Program-made: the position numbers and the translations under genes
In this document: piece by piece, positions 59,977-64,000 of the stretch
How the letters are laid out: each line of letters begins with the position of its first letter
Position numbering within the stretch: position 1 is the first letter of the stretch
Assembly (NCBI GenBank): GCA_963813815.1
Contig: CAWFAD010000016.1
Coordinates: forward strand, 384,001 to 448,000
Length of the DNA: 64,000 nt
From: an uncultured bacterium
GTDB lineage: Bacteria > Krumholzibacteriota > Krumholzibacteriia > Krumholzibacteriales > Krumholzibacteriaceae
Reading direction: 5' to 3'
Notes under the pieces: model-generated
What the model was told of the DNA's origin: nothing
Databases searched by the model: none
Seen by the model: only the letters and a program-made list of their open reading frames with translations

Positions 59977-60131
59977 CTTCAACGAACTGTGAAGCCGGTG
60001 GCCGGCAATCGATCGCGCTCTTGCGCCTTGGCGCATATTGACGCTCATTTCTAGGTAGATTGCACTATATTCATCGATGTGGCCCATATACCCAGAATCG
60101 CATGAACTATAATTTGACAACATTATTATAG

Positions 60132-60160
60132 TTGAAATTCCAATTTGGATTTGTTATAAT
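60132..60160 (+). promoter_or_regulatory. Sigma70 promoter with extended -10
   Basis: TTGAAA (60132-37), 17 nt, TATAAT (60155-60) preceded by TGn; spacer contains TCCAA-T-TTGGA. Confidence 0.75.
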
Positions 60161-60349
60161 TCGGAACAAATAGCAGGTAATAATCGTTGAAGTAGAAGCG
60201 GCGCGGGTTCAACGACAAGGGGGGGGCGTTGGACAAGGAGGTAAATAGCGGGCATGACCAATCGAGTTTTCGCCTCTTTGAATCGGCATTGTTTGAGCTG
60301 CATGTTGTAATCGGCTCCCTATCATGAGCCGAGGCCGAAAGGAGTAGTC

Positions 60350-60910
60350 ATGAAAGCTGCGACTATCGTTCTCTTGATTCTTCTCGCGCCGGTCGCTTTG
60401 TTCGCGGCGCCGACGATCGGGGTCTACGCAAACAACTCGACGAGCCTCATGATGTTCGGGCCCCCTCCGTACTCGACGTTCACCGGCTACGTTTTCGGCG
60501 TGGGGCTCAATTGCTTCACGAACGCCGTCGAGTTCGCCGTCCAGCTTCCCGAGGGAATCGTCATGACCGGATGGTCGATCCCGTACGAGAACTCCCTCAC
60601 GCTCGGCGATCCTCTGGCGGGCCTCGCGGTCACGTACTGGCCGCCTCTCAGCACCTTCGATCCGGGCTATAACCTGCTCGCGCAGATTCAGCTCATGGCG
60701 CTGCCGACCGGCGCGTGCCTGTACTACGGCGGCACGAGCCCCTTCAACGCTCCCCTGCGGATCGTGAATCATCCCGGCAGCGGAGCTCTTCGCCAGTCGT
60801 GCTGGCCGGATAACAACCTCGTCAACCTGACCGGGCTCGTCTCGATCATCTGTCCCGAGGAGATCGCGACGGAGGAAACGAGCTGGGGCGCGATCAAGTC
60901 CCTGTTCTAG
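60350..60910 (+). CDS. Secreted hypothetical protein with C-terminal SWGAIKSLF tail
   Basis: SD AAAGGAG; signal peptide; 4 Cys; followed by a hairpin. Confidence 0.85.
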   Translation: MKAATIVLLILLAPVALFAAPTIGVYANNSTSLMMFGPPPYSTFTGYVFGVGLNCFTNAVEFAVQLPEGIVMTGWSIPYENSLTLGDPLAGLAVTYWPPLSTFDPGYNLLAQIQLMALPTGACLYYGGTSPFNAPLRIVNHPGSGALRQSCWPDNNLVNLTGLVSIICPEEIATEETSWGAIKSLF

Positions 60911-60937
60911 ATTTCGGAGATATCTTTCGCAACGGCG

Positions 60938-60968
60938 CGGGCCGGATGCTCATCGAGCATCCGGCCCG
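60938..60968. terminator. Perfect 14-bp hairpin between convergent genes
   Basis: CGGGCCGGATGCTC-ATC-GAGCATCCGGCCCG; weak U tract. Confidence 0.65.
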
Positions 60969-60982
60969 TTCGCGTTTGGGGG

Positions 60983-61552
60983 CTAAAACTTGATGGGGCG
61001 GGCGGCCCGGAAGGCGGGACGCGACGCGCCGCCCATGCGGGCGCTCTGGCTCAGGCGCCCGAAAGATTTGAGCGCCGGGCGGACGGCGCCTTTCGTCGTA
61101 TGGAACGATTTGGTCCAGTGCAGAGACGAGCTCAGGGAGCGCATCCGGGCGGAAATCTGGCTCAGCCCGGCCTCCGCGGGGGAGGAGAGCATCGGCAAGC
61201 CACGGGTCGGCGTTCCGCGCTCGCGGGTGTTGAGAGACAGGCGCTCGACGCCCGACGCCATCGTGTGCATGAGGCCCGAGGAAGAGCAGAAATCGATGGA
61301 GGACCGTGTCTTCGACCTCGCCGGTTGGATGGCGATCCGTCCTGCGGTCTGAACCTCTGTCGCCCGGCGGCTCTCGGCGCGCGCTCTTTCTCCGTGGGGG
61401 CCGGTCGCGCTTTGCCATTGCGCGTCGCACTCGGCTCCCCGGGCGATGGCCCAGGAGACGAAATCGGCTCGATCGGGCGGGGCCGCGCACGCGGCGTCCG
61501 TGATCTGCGCGGCGAAGAAAAACGCCGCGGCTGCGATGAAAATACTGCGCAT
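60983..61552 (-). CDS. Hypothetical protein with signal-peptide-like N-terminus
   Basis: MRSIFIAAAAFFFAAQ, weak SD, fills an intergenic gap; the rest is Ser/Arg-rich with no recognisable motif. Confidence 0.4.
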   Translation of the reverse strand: MRSIFIAAAAFFFAAQITDAACAAPPDRADFVSWAIARGAECDAQWQSATGPHGERARAESRRATEVQTAGRIAIQPARSKTRSSIDFCSSSGLMHTMASGVERLSLNTRERGTPTRGLPMLSSPAEAGLSQISARMRSLSSSLHWTKSFHTTKGAVRPALKSFGRLSQSARMGGASRPAFRAARPIKF

Positions 61553-61700
61553 CGTTCTACCTTCTATTGAAAAAGATGACGTGAAAAGGCGGATTTAGAC
61601 TGTCGAAAACACTGCGCGGAGAGAAGAAGAGCAAACGAGAAATCCTTGCTACGGTTTAATTGTAGCATGGACGGGGTGGATATGTCAATATGGTGAAACG

Positions 61701-62825
61701 ATGGCGAACGAGCAAACGGCCCATACGCGAGCCCTTCTCATCGGTCCCTTTCCTCCTCCCGTCGGCGGAGATACCGTCCTCACCGCCAACCTGTCGCGGA
61801 GCGATTTCTGGCGAGAGCAGGGAATTGTCCTCGACCTCTTGAACACGAGTGCCGGGGACCGGGTGAGACTGCCCGACGAACGCCTTTCGCCGGGGGACGT
61901 CCTCCGGGGCGCGCGGGTTGTGCTGCGCGCCGCATCGAGGATCGGTCGCCGCGACGTCGTCCTGCTGTGGTGCAACAATCGTTTCGCCGTCACGGCCGGA
62001 CTCGGCGTCATGCTCTGCAGCCGGCTCGGTCGGCGCCCGATTCTCGTCAAGGTGTTCGGAGGCTACCTCGCGGAGCGGATCGCGAGGCTTCCGTACCTCT
62101 GGCGCCGCGCCGCCGTGGCGCTCCTCGGCGGCGCCGAGTGCGTTTTCGCCGAGACGGAGCTCCTCGCCCGCGAGCTCGTCGAGGAGGCGCGGCTCCCCGC
62201 GGATCGCGTAGCGCTCCTCCCCAACTGTCTTCCCCCGGGCGTCGTCGCGCGGGCGCGGTCCGGCCGGAGCTTCACGGGCGCATGCGTTTTCTTCGGGCAG
62301 ATGAAGCGCGAGAAGGGGATATTCGATATCGTCGAGGCCCTCGCGGGGCGGGAGGATTCGACGTGCGATTTTTACGGCCCTCTCGTCGAGCGCGACCGGG
62401 CCGCCTTCCTCGACGCGATCTCAGGGTGCCGGAACCTGCGCTATCGAGGGGTCGCCGAGCCGGGCACGGTGAGCGCCGTGGCCGCCGGATACGACGTTCT
62501 CCTGCTTCCGACGTACCATCCGAGCGAGGGGCATCCGGCGGTCATCCTCGAGGCGTACGCCGCGGGTTTGCCCGTCGTCGCGACGAGGTGGCGGGCGATT
62601 CCGGAGATCGTGCCGGAGGGGAAAACGGGGCTGCTCATCTCCGTCCGTTCTCCGGGAGAAATTCTCGGAGCCCTCGATGCGCTCCGCGCGGATCCCGGCC
62701 GTTACGACGCGATGTGCCGCGCCGCTTCCGAGCTCGTGAAATCGTTTTCGGAAAGCGAGGTCGTCGGAAGGATTCTCGCGCCGCGCGTCGCCGCCGCCGT
62801 CCGCCGGAAGCGGGCTATACGCTGA
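61701..62825 (+). CDS. Family 4 glycosyltransferase
   Basis: GPFPPPVGG, FFGQMKREKG, LLPTYHPSEGHPAVILEA, GLPVVAT. Confidence 0.88.
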   Translation: MANEQTAHTRALLIGPFPPPVGGDTVLTANLSRSDFWREQGIVLDLLNTSAGDRVRLPDERLSPGDVLRGARVVLRAASRIGRRDVVLLWCNNRFAVTAGLGVMLCSRLGRRPILVKVFGGYLAERIARLPYLWRRAAVALLGGAECVFAETELLARELVEEARLPADRVALLPNCLPPGVVARARSGRSFTGACVFFGQMKREKGIFDIVEALAGREDSTCDFYGPLVERDRAAFLDAISGCRNLRYRGVAEPGTVSAVAAGYDVLLLPTYHPSEGHPAVILEAYAAGLPVVATRWRAIPEIVPEGKTGLLISVRSPGEILGALDALRADPGRYDAMCRAASELVKSFSESEVVGRILAPRVAAAVRRKRAIR

Positions 62826-64000
62826 ACCATTTGCTGATCTTGATCATGAAGGTGTCGTCTCCGGCCGTCGAGAGAAGGCGATCGAAGTCGCGGCCGACCT
62901 CAAACTCCCCCCGCTCCTCCTCGAAGTCCGAAGCGCCGCGCGACCAGACGAGATAGAGCGCCGAACCCGGGCTCCATTCCCAGCGAAAAACGAAATTCGA
63001 GCGCATCTCCTTGAAGTTGAAATCGGGGCTCTCTGCCTCGGCGAGGTAGTCGTACGGAGCGAAGCGGCTCGCGTACTCGTCCGCCCGCGGGGAGACGACC
63101 TCGCGGAAGCGGCTGTAGCGCCCGGCCGCGATGAACGGCATTCCGTAGAACTGGAGGCTCATCTCGGGAGTGACCGTGTAGTTGAACCGCGTCGTCACGC
63201 TCGCGACGTCCATGTCGAGACGTGCTACGACGTAGCGGCCGTCGATCTCGTCGACGTACTGCGCGTCGTTCCCGCGAGCCGAATATGCCGCGCCGATGCT
63301 CATCTCGAAGCGGCCGGAGGGGCGGATGGTCACGTACGGCCCGACGGAGTATCCGCCGAACCCCTCGTCGTTTCGGTCGTATCCGCCGTCGAGCCCGGCC
63401 ATGAACGCCTTGCGATTGTCCGTGTACGCGCCGAACCACGAGTTCCAGCCGCCGGGCACGAGCGCGAGCGGACCTCCGCGGGTCAGGCTCACGGTCAAGT
63501 GCTCCTGCGAGCGCTCGATGCCCGCGTACCCTCCCCAGTTGTTCGTAAGGCTGAACGAGCCGTTCATGTTGCCGGCGAAGCCGACCATGTCGCCGCCGTA
63601 GCTGTATGCGCGCCAGAGGTTCCAATTGAGACTCACGTTTCTCAACGCCTTCCACGGCTGGGGGAGGTGGTAGCCGGCCCAGGCGACGCCGAGCGCCTCG
63701 TCCGCTTCCTGCATGTAGCCGAGATCGTTCACCTCGAAGCCGGGGGAGCGCGACATGAAACCGAGAAGAAAGTTCCAGCGCTTGCCCCCGCAGCGCCCGC
63801 CGTCGATGACGGTCGCGTATCCGCCGAGGGAGGTCCGCGAGGGGTCGTACTCGACGTAGTCGGCGTCGGGACGCTGAAAGTAGCGCGCGGAGGAGGTTTG
63901 GGCCTCCGCGATCGCCTCGGCGCTTCCCTCGATCCAGCTCCCGAGGACGCGCCCGTTCACCGCGTACTCTTCGTCGTGCCACCGGTGCGAGAAGTCGACG
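62815..64000 (-). CDS. Outer-membrane protein, DUF5916-like; 5' end beyond the window
   Basis: SPGFEVNDLGY, TRGGP, RSNFVFRWEWSPGSALYLVWS, MIKISKWF at the C-terminus. Confidence 0.75.
   Translation of the reverse strand, partial: VDFSHRWHDEEYAVNGRVLGSWIEGSAEAIAEAQTSSARYFQRPDADYVEYDPSRTSLGGYATVIDGGRCGGKRWNFLLGFMSRSPGFEVNDLGYMQEADEALGVAWAGYHLPQPWKALRNVSLNWNLWRAYSYGGDMVGFAGNMNGSFSLTNNWGGYAGIERSQEHLTVSLTRGGPLALVPGGWNSWFGAYTDNRKAFMAGLDGGYDRNDEGFGGYSVGPYVTIRPSGRFEMSIGAAYSARGNDAQYVDEIDGRYVVARLDMDVASVTTRFNYTVTPEMSLQFYGMPFIAAGRYSRFREVVSPRADEYASRFAPYDYLAEAESPDFNFKEMRSNFVFRWEWSPGSALYLVWSRGASDFEEERGEFEVGRDFDRLLSTAGDDTFMIKISKWFSV

Overview
GC-rich bacterial chromosomal segment of about 55 genes, with no rRNA, tRNA, CRISPR array or mobile element visible. 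A FlgD/T9SS-like C-terminal domain and W-G-x-I-K tails suggest (inference) an anaerobe of an FCB-group candidate phylum (Krumholzibacteriota/Latescibacterota/Eisenbacteria-like). From left to right: the end of an HdrA-wHTH-QmoC-like-DsrE2 operon; a trehalose operon (sensor-fused OtsA, OtsB, DUF5752-like, TreT); GT2, Smr and PPIase; an FTR/glutaredoxin pair; malQ and an anion permease; a KamA + two ATP-grasp + GNAT operon; truD; a Fur/PerR-led metal and oxidative-stress cluster (TIGR02757-like, permease-HMA, rbr, dfx, ferritin, korAB, ZIP); a pentaheme cytochrome with a CxxCH porin; sppA, ggt and a 48-aa Cys-rich protein; DUF4139, an SBP, a trans-sulfuration lyase and MarC; a large S8 protease; MFS and FHA genes; a PEP-CTERM/exosortase/EpsI/PrsK/PrsR locus with visible sigma54 promoter and enhancer; GT4 and a partial outer-membrane protein. 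The best candidates for an undescribed system are the KamA-ATP-grasp x2-GNAT pathway, a shared C-terminal 'ATExx(T/S)WGxIK(A/S)L(Y/F)' tail on two unrelated secreted proteins, and a receptor-like trehalose-6-phosphate synthase. Frameshifts at about 15000 and 52950-57150 are probably sequencing indels. All family assignments come from motif recognition, not database searches.
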